DNA of 64,000 nucleotides, from positions 1,488,001 through 1,552,000 of the forward strand of contig MU057711.1 in NCBI GenBank assembly GCA_013265495.1, written 5' to 3'. This document shows positions 39,906 to 52,600 of the stretch, piece after piece. The position numbers were made by a program, and so were the translations under genes. This DNA comes from Vicugna vicugna (lineage: Eukaryota). The notes beneath the pieces are model-generated. The model saw only the letters and a program-made list of their open reading frames with translations. It was not told where the DNA came from and made no database searches. How positions within the stretch are numbered: position 1 is the stretch's first letter; each line of letters starts with the position of its first letter.

Positions 39906-41838
39906 TTATTACATCAAACAAGTCCAAATCCATTCCCCTTTGAGCATTATCAGTGATTCTGAAGACTTCTCTACTAAGTCAATGCCACAAGAGAAGAAGC
40001 AAGAAGTGACTCTACTTGCCCTTTGGGTCCCTTAACAATCCCTCCTCTGAGGTCCAAGCATCCCTATTTAGGCTGAGTGGACTTATTTACAAGGGCCTGG
40101 TTAATCAAGTCCATCTGTAATGTAAATGTGCTTCTCATTATGCTAATGCAAGCACTAGACATGCAAATCCATAAGCATTTGCATGCCTAATGCAACAGTT
40201 CTTGTCCATCCTGTTCTGCTGCTATTTACTATCTAGTTTTTATGACTTATGGATTTCTAACCCTTTAAATTTATATCAGCATCGTGACATATCTGCAAGC
40301 AGCGACAGTTTTATGAGCACTAAAAAAGCTGCAACACACCACCACTAAATACTAATGACATAAATGGTCGCTGTAATGGCCCCTATTTTTATTACAATAC
40401 CAAACCTCAATATATTGCAATTACCTCTACACTCAAACCAGACCAAGCCACACTGTATAGGAACCAGCCTAGTGGGGGAGATGTGACTGGCAGTAGAGTT
40501 TCCAGGTCAAGCCAGTCTATAACGCTGAGGAGCTGAGGTCAGCAATTGTGGCAGGAATTTCCTCTGAGAGTTCCCTGGGCCTGCGAGTCAGAGATCTCCA
40601 CCAGGGACAGATGTGTCCAGCTGCTGAGGAAGGTCTCACAAACCATCACTTAGAGATGGTTCATAGGTGTTAGCCCTCGCACTCTCTGCCATCCCCATGA
40701 AAAGATTGGAATGGAGGAAAAGGTGTCAGGACTAACAAGTCCCAGTCCCAACTGAGTCACTAACCTACTGTGTAGCGCTGAGCAAGTCCCTTCCCTCTCT
40801 GGGCCTCAGTCCCCCTTCGGGAAGAGTGGGATTAAATATCTCTAAGGATGCTTCCAACTCCAACATTCTGGGATTGGCTCTGTGGAAAATTCAAGCCCAA
40901 GATGCAGCCATTAATTTTCTCCAGAATGAAAATATATCCGCCAGGACATTTTTACGCCTGGATTTATAAGTTCTGATTTTGCACCTTAAAATAATAACAC
41001 CTTGAATTTATTTTATGGCATTTTCCATCTAAAACACTTTTCTGTCTGTTACAGCATTCATTCTCAGTGTCCCTGGATAGCTGATCCAGAGCGCAGGTAG
41101 AGAAACTGAGGTGTAGAAAGAGGGAAGGGTTTGCTCAAGATTATATAACACATCAGGGCCAACGCTGAGATTAGAACCCAGGTCCTTTATTGGTGGCCTT
41201 CTACTAAGCTATGTCTCTACCTCTCCAGTGGCTACCCCTTTCAGAATCTATAAGAATCACATTTCTTAGTACGAGAAGGAAGACAGAAAGGATCCTTGAA
41301 TGATCTCCAATGACTCAACTCCACCAATGTTTTTTTGTTTGTTTGTTTGTTTTCATTTAGCTCCTGTACTGTGATCCTGGGAGAGGTAGTTCCTTAACCA
41401 GTAATCCATCACTAGCTTCTCAGTGTGGACTAGTTTACAGGATCACTTTTCCCAGAGATAGATAATTCAAGGCAATCTTGGAGGGACAGTTGTAGGTACA
41501 TCAGTTAAGTACATGGGGGCATTTTCCTGGGAGCAGGAGGCCTGAATGACAGGGTAGTGGATGGCCAGAGAACAGCAGGAGTGGAATAGGCTTCGGAAAG
41601 GAGGTCAGTTAGGACAAACCACCCAGTCAAAAGCTGGTCCTCCTTTCATTTACCCTGTAAGCCATGGTCTCTACTCAGAGGGAGATGGGGTCCTATTGGC
41701 TCAGCATAGTAGCTGGTACAGAGAAGGTACTCAACCCAATGTTTGCTAAGTAGAAGAATTTCTCCTGATATTACTCAACTAAGGCAGTTAAAATCTTTCC
41801 AGAATTAAAAGCAATTGCTAAGACTGGCTGAAACGTGG

Positions 41839-42205
41839 TGTTAATGGACTGAATTGTGTCCTCCCCCAAATTCATATGTTGAAGCCCTGACCCCCCAACA
41901 TGATTTTTTTGGCAATGGGTCCTTTAAAGAGGTAATTAAGGTAAAATGAGGTCATAAAGGCAGGGCTCTCATCCAATTTGAGCGGTGTCCTTCTAAGAAG
42001 ATAAAGATGCTGGACAGGCACACACAAGGGAAGACCATGCGAGGTCACAGCAAGAAGGTGGTCACCTGCAAGCCAAGGAGAGAGACCTCAGGAAAAACCA
42101 AACCTGCTCACACCTTGATCTTGGATGTCCAGCCACCAGAATGGTGAGAAAATAAATTTCTGTTGTTAAAGCCACACAGCCTGTGGTATTTTGTTATGGC
42201 TGGGG
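41839..42205 (+). mobile_element. MLT1B-like solo LTR
   Basis: TGTTAATGGACTGAATTGTGTCC..CCCAAATTCATATGTTGAAGCCCT...AATAAATTTCTGTTGTT.AAGCCAC..AG.CTGTGGTATTTTGTTATGGC. Confidence 0.88.
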
Positions 42206-42754
42206 TTGGCCCCCTCAGAGTGAAAGCTAAATGGAGAGCTGAGCCTTCAGAGGCTGAGGGTATAAAATGACAGAGAAAGGCAGACTTGTCTTCAATAAAG
42301 TATCTTGGACATCTCAAAATCTTGTGCAGGAATGAGTAGATTACTGGAACGACTTCCCAGTAAACTGTAGGTAAAGAGCAGATAATAAAGAATTAAAGAG
42401 CCCCAGAATATGATACCTCAGCAAACAAGTGCTCACCCAGTGCCACACACTGGGGAGTAGTCACCCTGGGTGTGGACATGCATTTGATAGGACTTAAGTT
42501 GTATTTCCCCTACATGGTCTGAAATGAAAGTTCCAAACTCCTTAGGTAAAGCATTATACTCTGGCATTAATATAATTGATCGACCATAGATCAATTATTT
42601 CTGTATCACTAAGGACATTTTTTTCGGTAGGCAGAGGAAGTAAACCCAGCCCACATGGCTTAAATAAAATGAGAATCCTGTAACAAAAGATCCTGCTCAC
42701 AAGTCTAAGTGTTTTCAGGCACAGCTGAGCTCCATATTACTAAGAAGTTGATGC

Positions 42755-43613
42755 TTCCCAACCTGATCTCAATCAAAATTTCAAAATCTCAATCAAAATT
42801 TCTGCAGGCTATTTTGTAAATATTCATAAATCATTTCTAAAGTTTATATGAACAGGCAGAGACCCAGAACAGCCAACATAATATTGAAAAGAACAAAGTT
42901 AGAGAAGTGACACAACCCAATGTCAAGACTTACTATAAATATAGCATAATGAAGGCAATGTGGTGTTGATGAAAGAATAGACATATAGATTAATGGAACA
43001 GAATAAACAGCCCAGAAGCAGACCTACACAAATATAGTCAACCCATCTTTGTAAAAGGAGCAAAGCCAAATCAGTGAAGAATACTCTTTTCAACAAATGA
43101 TCCTGGAACCATTGGGCATCCGGATGCAGAAAGATAATCTAGACACAGCCCTCACACCTTTTCCAAAAATTAACCCAAAATGGATTCTAGACCTAATATA
43201 AAGTGCAAAAACTATAAAACTTCTAAAAACAAAAACCCACACAGAGATGAAAATCTAGGTGACTGTAGGTTTGGTGACGAGTTTTCAGTAACAGCTCCCA
43301 AAACACAAGTCATAAAAGAAAAAAATGGTAAGTTGGACTTCATTAAAGTTTAAAACATGCTCTGCAAAAGATACTGTTAACAGAATGAAAATACAAGCCA
43401 TAGACTGGGAGAAAATATTTTCAAAACATGTGTCTGATACAGAAGTTGTAACCAAAATATACAATGAAGTTTGCTAATTTTCTATACTAATGTAAATAAG
43501 ATATTAATAACAGGGGAAATGGCTTAAGAGGGTGTAGGGAGATTCTCTGTACTATCTTTCTCAATCTTCTCAAATCTAAAACTGTTATAAAAAATTAAGT
43601 CTATTAAAAAAAA
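42755..43613 (+). mobile_element. L1 (L1MC-like) ORF2 3' fragment joined to its extreme 3' end
   Basis: AAGACTTACTATAA, GATTAATGGAACAGAATA, TTCAACAAATG, GACTGGGAGAAAATATTT; terminal CTCTGTACTATCTTT...AAATCTAAAACTGTT and an A tail. Confidence 0.88.
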
Positions 43614-44624
43614 TTACCTCCTCCCTGAAGCCCCCTGCTTCTTCCAAGATTTGGTGTGACTTGGCACCACCCCCTACCATGACCCTGACAGCTTTTCCCC
43701 ATGCCCATCCCCTACCAGTTCCCATGCCTCCCCACAGCACCAATCCTGCCGTCCTTAACTTTGTAACCTTGCCATCATTTGAAAAGGGGAATTGCATCTT
43801 CTGAGAACTGTTTATGGAGACAACCAGCTATGCTTACATGCAGATGTTCTGATCTGTTCCAGAAACAGCTTGTCCTAGGGCCTCTTTCCTTTCCTTTGGA
43901 GACACTACTGTCTGCAAATAAGGGCCCTGTGTGTTCTGTGGGCTGGAGCTCTCTCTTCAGAGGCCAAGGACGTTCTGATCACTCCAGGACAAAGCTCCAG
44001 GCCCATGGTCCAGCTACACTCCCTCCCACCTGTTCAGCTGCCCTCTGACTCCTCTCTGGGACTCAGGGGTGCTCTTTGCCTCAGTGGGGATCAGTTGCTG
44101 AGAATCAAGAAATTCGGCTTTAGTTTGGGTTGTTTTCCCTGCCTGAAGCAGTGAAGCAGTTCTATTTTCAAAGCCTTTGGTTTCTCTCTGTCTTGCTCAG
44201 AAGGTGGCTGGTGCTCCAGGACCCTGCTTAGGATAAACGCTCTGTCTTTTGCTCTTCCCCCCATCCTCCACTTTTATGCCATCGCCAATACTGTCCTCCC
44301 CCTGGTGCTGTCGGGGGAAGCTGGGATCGTAATTCTTCCAGGGAAGGTTTTAGAAAGAAAGAAATTAAGTTCAATCAAAGTGTCAGGCCTGAGTTGTGTG
44401 TGTTGGGGTGTAGGTGAGAGGAGCTTAATACGACTCCCTTCTGTGCCTCAGTCTCTCCCCCACCCCACACCCACATCCACCATGATGCAGCCCCTTCTGG
44501 GTCCTAACTTTCACTAGGTGACAACAGGAGCTTGTCAAACAAATAAGTCCCAATATGAGGTGAGGCCCACCCTACCAGAAGCCAGTCATAGCAGCAGCCT
44601 TGAGAGGGGAGTTTTGGCTGCAGA

Positions 44625-44711
44625 ACACACACACACACATGCACATGCACACGCACACACACACGCACACACGCACACGCACGCACATATGCACACACGC
44701 ACGTGCATATA
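44625..44711. repeat. Compound CA/CG/TG alternating purine-pyrimidine tract
   Basis: 87 nt of unbroken R-Y alternation. Confidence 0.93.
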
Positions 44712-44799
44712 GAGCTAAGAAATGATTTAAGTCTTTGTAACATAGCGGCACTCCTAAGAGCTTTCCGCTGACTGTGTTTCCCCTCCACCTGTTCATCTC

Positions 44800-45780
44800 A
44801 GGGCTCTTAACCTGCCTCTGAGGCCCAAGTTTATGTCTCCAGCTCAGACCTGCCTTCTGGCCCCCAGACCCTCTTATGGAGCTGTCTATTTGGCATTGAC
44901 ATATAATATCTCAAAGGAATCTCAAATGCAACACATCCCCCACTGACCTCACAACCCTCCCGGCCCTAGATCTCGCTCTCCTCTCCAGGAGGAGCAATGC
45001 TACCCACCCTACGGCATAACCAGAAATCCTGGAGAAATCAGAGCCCACCCTTGACACCCTCTTCCTCTCACCTCTGTGTCCTACTCCATCACTAAAACCT
45101 AAACCTTTAACTCCTAAACATCTCTTAAATCCATCTACTGAGCTCCAACTTTGCCATCACTGTCATAGTCCCAGCTGCCTTTATCCCAAGCCTGATGGCA
45201 GTCACAGCCTCATCACAGGACTGCCTGCCTCCAGACCTGCCCCCTTCCAGGACTTCTCCTCCCAGCAGCCAGCCCGACATTCTGTGAATGTAAAGACATT
45301 GTGGTTAAATCTTTTAACAGGGACCCACTGCTCTCAGAATGAAGACTTGAATCCTCACCCTGACAATCAGACCTGATCTGGCCCCTGCAACTCTCCAGCC
45401 TCCCCTTGATCCCCTTTCCCTCCCCGACTGGGGGTAACTCAGTGCTCCGAGTGCTTACACAGAGCCATTATGTTTCCCACCTTGGGGTTTCGCACATGCT
45501 GTTCCTTCTGCCTAAAATACTTACCCCCACTCCCAGCCCTGGCTTGTCTCATTCTGAGTCAGATCTCAAGTCTGAGCTCAAAATCACACGCCTCATGGCT
45601 CACAGTTCCCTGTGCCATTATCACTCTGTACTTAGGCAACTTTGAATAATGATTGGGCTAGGGTATGCCCATTCACACGGGGGCAGTGAAGTGTCTATTT
45701 AGTTCCTGCTGTAATCCCAGTACCTAGAACAATATTCGACTCCAGTCGGGGCTCAATTATTGTTTTTTCCTTGAATGAGT
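44800..45780 (+). mobile_element. L2 relic
   Basis: CCCAAGTTTATGTCTCCAGCTCAGACCT ... CCCAGTACCTAGAACA ... TTGAATGAGTG. Confidence 0.75.
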
Positions 45781-46144
45781 GGACCCACCCAACGACCCTA
45801 AGAAGCAGGCTTTCATTATCTTGCTTCCTGCATGGCTTAGAGATGCTCTACAACTTACCCAAGTCACACAGCTGTTTGTAGCAGAATCAGAATTTGAACT
45901 AGGTCAAGTTCTTGATCAGTATTTTGTCCTGACCAGTCCCTCTGTGTTTGTGGGACCTATGGGCCAGGAAGTCCCTGAGTCATCTTTCCTCCTGACCAGG
46001 CATTACTGAAGAAGATGGTAACAAGCCCCATAGAAACCAGAGTCAAGGGCTGGGGAAAGGGATATGCAAAAATCCCATGGAGAGAGCACCTGAATCACTG
46101 CCTTCCCAGCATGCACACATCCACACACTTCCTTTTGGTCTCAC

Positions 46145-46385
46145 TACTGATAACTAAAATTGATTGAGTACCTACTGTATGCCTGTGCTTTGATAGATTC
46201 ATTTAATTAAGACTCTCCAGAATCTCATGAAGTAGGCATTATTACTATCCCCGTTTTTCAGATGAGAAAACTGAGATTCAGACAAAAACAAATAACCTGC
46301 AGAAAGCTACATCACAGATCACAGCAGAGCTGGGATACGAACCCAGGCAGCCTGGCTCCAGAGCCCACTCCTCTCACTCCACGTC
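46145..46385 (-). mobile_element. MIR SINE relic
   Basis: ATTACTATCCCCGTTTTTCAGATGAGAAAACTGAG...GAACCCAGGCAG.CTGGCTCCAGAGCCC. Confidence 0.85.
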
Positions 46386-46514
46386 GTCCTGACGGACTTT
46401 CTTGGCTGCGTTGTCTACAGCCCTGGCATAATGAACAATCTTGCTACCCTGTGCTCCCCTAGATGAGGGTTGAGCTCCTGAGATAATCCTCTCTCCAGGG
46501 GTGTTAAATGTTGA

Positions 46515-46700
46515 GTGACACAAGAATGTAAATTACAGTCACCAGTGCATCCTGGAGGCAGGCTTCCAAGGGAAAGTCCCCAGTTCCTGCTGCCAAGACC
46601 CTCACCTGTGACACAAGAATGTAAGTTATAGTCACCAGTGCATCCTGGAGGCAGGCTTCCAAGGGAAAGTCCCCAGTTCCTGCTGCCAAGACCCTCACCT
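46515..46700. repeat. 93-bp tandem duplication, 2 copies
   Basis: GTGACACAAGAATGTAA...CCAAGACCCTCACCT at 46515-46607 and 46608-46700; 2 mismatches. Confidence 0.97.
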
Positions 46701-47559
46701 CTGGGCTGTCCTGCTTCCTGGCTCTGCCAGAGCCTAGTTCTTCCAGCCTTCACTTCCATCCTGTGAGCAGCCATAACTCATATGAAGAAATTCCTCGTCT
46801 GCCGATTTCTGTTCCTTACCACCAAAGTGTCCTAATAGACAGTTTCCGGAGCTCCAGGCTCAAAGCCGTCACACAGACAGCTGAAGGAGCTGGCAGAGTG
46901 TGGAAAGGGGCCTCCAGGACCAGGTCAGAGAGTAGGGGTGAAGAAGGGAAGAAGCTGGGTGCTTGTCCCTCAGGAGGCAGGCAGCCCCCAAATTGGCAAT
47001 GGGCAGGAAGAGATAGCAGGCAAGATGGCTTTGCAAGAGGCCAAGTTAAAATAAAACCAGGCAGGCAGGCTCTCCAGCGGGTACAGTTTGTACAAGGGCT
47101 CTTGTGAAGCTGCCTTCATTATTAGCACAGAAGCTGGGCAGAAGCACCATGTGCTGCCATGGGCTGTCACCATTAAGTGAAAGTGAAAGATGCAGTCACC
47201 AAACAGCCTCCCGGGCATCCCACTGAGAGGCAGGCACATTAGCCAATACGGGCCCTTCTCCTGCAAAGTGCGCAGACACTAATTATACTCTTCAGATGAT
47301 CGCCTCAGTATCATAGAAGTAGCAACCTTTGTATAATCAGACTTCACCCTGGGAAAAAATAACTAACCCCACTCCCCTCCCACATTCCATCCAACCCTGA
47401 ACACCACACACAATCACAGAGGGAAAGATGAGGTGCTGATTCAGGAGATGTTTATGCGCTACCTCCATGCCAGAGCCCTGGCCAAGTGTTGGGAGCAATT
47501 GTTTGGGCAAACGTGGGCAGCAGGTCAAAATCACACATGGGACTTGTAGCAATACAGAA

Positions 47560-48175
47560 CCCCTGATGCAGACCAGAGCTACTGTGTCAGAATGTTCGGG
47601 GGCAAGGAGCGGCAGGTACCTTTTATACAAGCTCCTAGATGAAGGGCAGATGAGGTCAGAGAAGTAGTCAGGCAGGGTGGGTCGGGGGCTGGGAGACAGA
47701 CAAATCATTTAGATTTTATTCCAAATGAGAAGGAAACCCATTTGGAAGTTTTAGCAGAGAAGTGCCATGATCTGACTCACCCCTTAGCGGGACCACAGCA
47801 GGCTGCTTTGATTACGTGTGTGTGGGTAGATGTAGGGCAGCATGAGTGCCAGCTGGGAGATAAATTGGCCAACTGCAATTGTCCAGGGAGAGATGCTGGT
47901 GGCCTGGATCAGCTGACCATTGGATTATTTTGAAGGTAAAGTTGATAGGATTTGCTGTTGGGTATAAGAAAAAAAGTAGTCAAGGATGGTGCCAGGGTTT
48001 CTGGTCTGAACTACCAGAAGAATAGGATTGCCATAACTGAGAAAAGGAATGGAAAAGGCTGTGGCAGGAGCAGATCTGGGGAGAGATCAGAGGATCCATT
48101 TAGAGCATGTACATCTAAGTTGCCTGTTAACTATGTGAGTGGAGAGTTGGGTATAAGAATCTGGGGGTGGGATTA
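47560..48175 (-). mobile_element. L2 relic
   Basis: GATTTTATTCC.AATGAG.AGG..ACCCATTTGGAAG.TTTTAGCAG ... GTCAAGGATGGTGCCAGGGTTTCTGG.CTGA. Confidence 0.75.
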
Positions 48176-49169
48176 TAGCTGGGTGGCCTTGATTTTATGT
48201 GCTAGTTTTCAATTTTAGTTTGGAGATCCTCCTAAGCACACATACACACATTGCCTTTATCCTTGATGCTTCGATGAAGTGGATTTCACTCTCTGACTTC
48301 ATAATGAATGTAAGACTTAAGCTGACCTATCAGAGCTTGCATTATCTTTCCTTTGAAGCTGATCTAGAGACTGGTATGGGACTACTTCAGAGTCAATGAG
48401 AATTTTGCAAAGACTTCTGGATTTGAAGCAGAGAAAATGAAAGGGTTGGAGCTTCTGCAGCTACACTGTGACTATGAGGAGTGAAAGGGGCTGAGCACAA
48501 GAGACAGGGAGACAGAGACCAGGTGCTGATAATCAAATTATGCCTGAAGCAATCTCTATATCTCATGCTTACCTTGTGTTATATGAGCCACCAGTAAATT
48601 CTCTTCCAAAACAACAACAAAAATCCCATTTGATTGATCTAACACATCTGTGGACTGGTATTTGGGAATTAGCTGTAGGCTATACATGGTCCTATACTAC
48701 TGTTACTCCAGTGTTGTCTGTAGTGAGTTCATCATGTAGAATTTTGCAGAGATTATTACAATTGCAAAATTCTTTTAAAAAGTCAATTCTAAAAAAGCTT
48801 ACTAGAATTGGAAAAATCTCAAGCCCCAACCTAGACTTAAAGAATCACAGTCTGTATTTTAACAAGATCTCCAGATGATCTGAAAGCACAAATAAGCATT
48901 ATTAGACCACAAGGAGCTTGTGCTCTTCTTGGGAGGGGAAGGGGAGAGATCTTTGTGATATAATGAAATGACAATGACAGGGTGCCTTGGAGCAATAATA
49001 ATAATTGCTATTTACTGTGTAGTTCTTATGTCCTTCACTCTGATAAGTCTTTCATAGGTATTAACTCATTCATCCTAACAGAATTAGATATCATTTCTCA
49101 TCTCACCTTAGACAAGAAAACTGAAGATCAGAGACATTAGCCCCTGCTTGAAGTCACACTGCCCTTACA

Positions 49170-49670
49170 GGAAGTGGCTGTGCTGTTGGACATCTATTGC
49201 TTTTGTCCACCTCACACGCAGTCCCCCTTCTTTGGCACCAGCTGCCCTCAGACAGGACTTCCTCTCCCCATCCCCACCTCCAGCCTGGCTCCGTGCCTGG
49301 CCAATGAGCTTATTTTCTTTCTCTGATCAAGGAAACCAGCTCTGGGAATGCACCCGACTTAAATCAGTCCAATATTCATCAGTTCTGGAATTTTTTTCTG
49401 GGACTGTAGAGAAAAAAGTACTCTCCCCCTCATGTGGAAACTCAACAAAATGTGGGTCGGCTGTCACAATGGGGGGCCTGGAAATGAATCCAGATATAAA
49501 AAGAGGCAGATTTCTAATGACATTGCTCAAGTGCCTGGATCAGCCACCCCTGAATTCAGTCCTCCTTGGATTGGTAATGGGATCCAATAAATTTTTTGGG
49601 AAGGGTATTCTAAGGCCAGTTTTTAGTTGGGTTTCGATGATTTGAAGCCATAAGTGTCCTGATGAATACA
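49170..49670 (+). mobile_element. Ancient MLT1-type LTR relic
   Basis: GTGCCTGGATCAGCC.CCCCTGAA...AATAAATT...TAAGGCCAGTTTT.AGTTGGGTTTC...GTCCTGATGAATACA. Confidence 0.55.
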
Positions 49671-52600
49671 GCAGTGAAGGTAGCCCTCAAAACTAGCTCT
49701 ATTAACTCAAAGCCCTTTCTCTTAACCAGTGCCCCCTACATGGCCATATACAGGAGGACAAAAACCAAAGGTCATGAAAATTGACTTGGATCATGAGGAG
49801 TTCACAATGGTGTGGGAGGGAGAGGATTAAATCAAGTGGAACAGACAGCTAACCCCCTCACCCTAACTTCCTATCCTTCTCTGTACTACACTCTCTTCAG
49901 CTGGACTGCAGGCAAGGCTGGCCCCCTGCCTAGATTTTTCTTCTAGACCTATAGAGCAGAGCTGGTGCTGGGCAGGCATGCAGCAATGGTGAGGTAAATA
50001 TTGTTGGAAAAATGTTTGATTGACCACTCTAGGCTAGCTGGGTATTTCTGGGGTGGGTATTTTGTAGTCTGAGGATACATGTGTTTTTTTCTACAGCCTT
50101 AGTTTAACACTGTGGGCATTTCTGCCCCCAGTGCTACCTTCTCCCATCTTGGAGAGAGTCAAGAAGTTTCCTTCTCTCTTGTGCATATGATTTTCCAGCC
50201 CTCACTCTCCTTCCTCAGTCTCCACTTCACTGCCCACATTTGCTCCAAGCAGAGTTAACTATTCCAGGAACAGTACCCTGGCTGCTTCCCACTTCTGCTC
50301 CAGACTAAGGTCTCTTTTCTCCTTGTTCTCTTGTTTGTACTTGTCTGTTGCAGGATAACTTCAGTGGGAAAAATTCAGTAATTCACAACTCACTTCAGTT
50401 TTCTCTAGCCCACTGCATGGTTAGCTGCATTAAGCAATTTTAACAATAGACATTAATAAGCAAAAAAAAAAATTCAATAGGCCTGTGGATGATAAGAGGT
50501 CAATATTCCAGCCCCCATCCTTGACCCCATGGCTTCCAGCCTGCTTCCCCTCTGGATGGATCTGGCTTCTGGTGGGGAACATGGGTAATGGCTCCCCTGA
50601 GCTCCTGAATTGAGGGACCAATGAGAAGACCGATCTACTCTGATGGAGCAGAAGCCCTGAGCTCTGGGGAACATGACTGGAAGGCTCATTTGCTATTCAA
50701 TCATTTGTATATTAATCCAGCCCCTACCATTCTAGGTTCTGTTCCAAACTCTGGGGACAGAGGGACACCCAAGGACAGATCAGGTCCATTTCCTCAGGGA
50801 AGAAGAGGGACCGCAAACAAGCAAGCAGATAAATGAGCATTTCGGGGCAGTGAAACAGAGCTCAACTGCTAATAGAGGAAGTGGCTCAGCATCAGAGGGA
50901 GTAAACAGGGGCAGCCTGCTGAGACCTGGGAGAGAAGGAAATAGCCCCAAATGACCAGCAGGTGCAGAGGCTCTGAGACACGAAAGAGCTGGGCATAGTC
51001 TAGATGCCAACAGAGAGCCGGGATAAGCCCGTCTGCAGGGGAGGAAGGCAATAGAAGGTGAGCTTGTAGAAGTCAGCAGGAGCCAGGTGAGGGAGGACCA
51101 GCAGCTACAGTGTGAAGTCGCACTGCCTTGTGCGGGCACTGGGTGTTTTCACACGGTGTGTTTTGGTTTATGTGTTGAGACGCTCGCTCTGGGTACTAAG
51201 GGAAGGATGAATTAAGAGAAGCCAAAAGAAGATTCATGGCACAGCTCTGAAAGCTAGTCACCAAGTGGCTTTCTCTGCAAGCTGAGGCTAGAAGGCAGGA
51301 TTCTGGTGACAGATGTAAGCTAGACACTCAGACGTGAAGACTCCAACTGCTGCCTGGAGCATCTTGCGTTCCATAGACTTCTGGTTGGAATGGGGTTCTA
51401 TTGAGGTCGCATGTAGATGTCCTTCAGTCTCTCCCCTGAGGGAACAGGCTTGTTTCTGCCTTCAGCCTGAACCCCAACTTCTTATAACAGAGACATAGAC
51501 ATATTTCAGCAATCAAGGAAAACAGCTGCAAATTTCACAGACTCAAAGAGCACCACTGTCACTCATATTGATTCGGGAGATGATTTAGGTCCACACACTG
51601 GCAGACCTGGCAGCCACGTTCTCACTTGGGAGCACAGAGAACACAGAGAGGGAGGAAGGAAAAGCACCAGACACTCAGATGCCACGTGAAGGCTGAGCTG
51701 TGGAGCCCGCACCCACAGCTCAATTGGTATTGCCAACATGCCCTCTCTCTTGGCATCTTCAGAATAAGTAAATAATCTGTCTACCTGAAATGAACTCCTT
51801 CAAAGGCAAAGACAGCGAGCGAGCATTTGGAACATTGCTGAGACTTAAATTGACCAACTTTGATCAAGATGAGTTAGTAAAATAGCAGGCTTCTCATCAG
51901 CTGCATTTTAATTCCATATTTGGAGCCACTCAGTCATTATAAAACCATCTGAACTTCTCAGCGGAAGTACACATTGGGGAGTTTATTTTTGAGCCTCTCA
52001 GAATACAAAGGAGAGTCTGTCCAATACAGGATCTGGGCAGAGCACACAGCTCCCTTTTAAAGGAGGAGGACACGGTGCCCAGTGGCCTCTCTTTTTAATT
52101 CCCTCTTCCCTCTGTGAAAGTTTCCCTGAAAGCATGCAGTAATTTCTGATGATGGAAGAAAGGGCTCTTGGAGCATCACCTGAGTAAGCAGGTTGCTGCC
52201 TGCTAGCAGAGCATTCCAGAGAACTCTCTGTTGAACTAAAGTCTCAGCTGGACACTGGGTCTGAGGAAGGAGGGGGATTTGGGGGACTCCTTGGTTTTCT
52301 TTAGAGGAAACCAACTGAGCCCACTCCACCTCCGTGGTCTGCAACAGAATCCAAAACTGTGAGGGGATTTCAGAGGTCGTTCTGCATTTAGCTAGAGCAA
52401 AACCCCAGAGAGCCCATGCCTAGCCACAAGCCAGGGTCTGCCGGGGAAATTCCAGCTCCATCATTGACCAAGACACTGTGTGGCTTCTGCTTACACCCAG
52501 CCTTTCTGCTGGCACCATGAAAAATTGTTCTGGGCTTCACCAGCTGACTGATACCATCACCAGGGTCTTGAACTCCACCCACTGCACAGACTTAATGGCT

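Noticed and set aside
42572..42598. Perfect 10-bp inverted repeat ATAATTGATC-7 nt-GATCAATTAT (similarly a 9-bp one at 34622-34646)
   Set aside because: Short AT-rich stems of this size are plausible by chance in 64 kb; there is no supporting context, and they are too short for pre-miRNAs.
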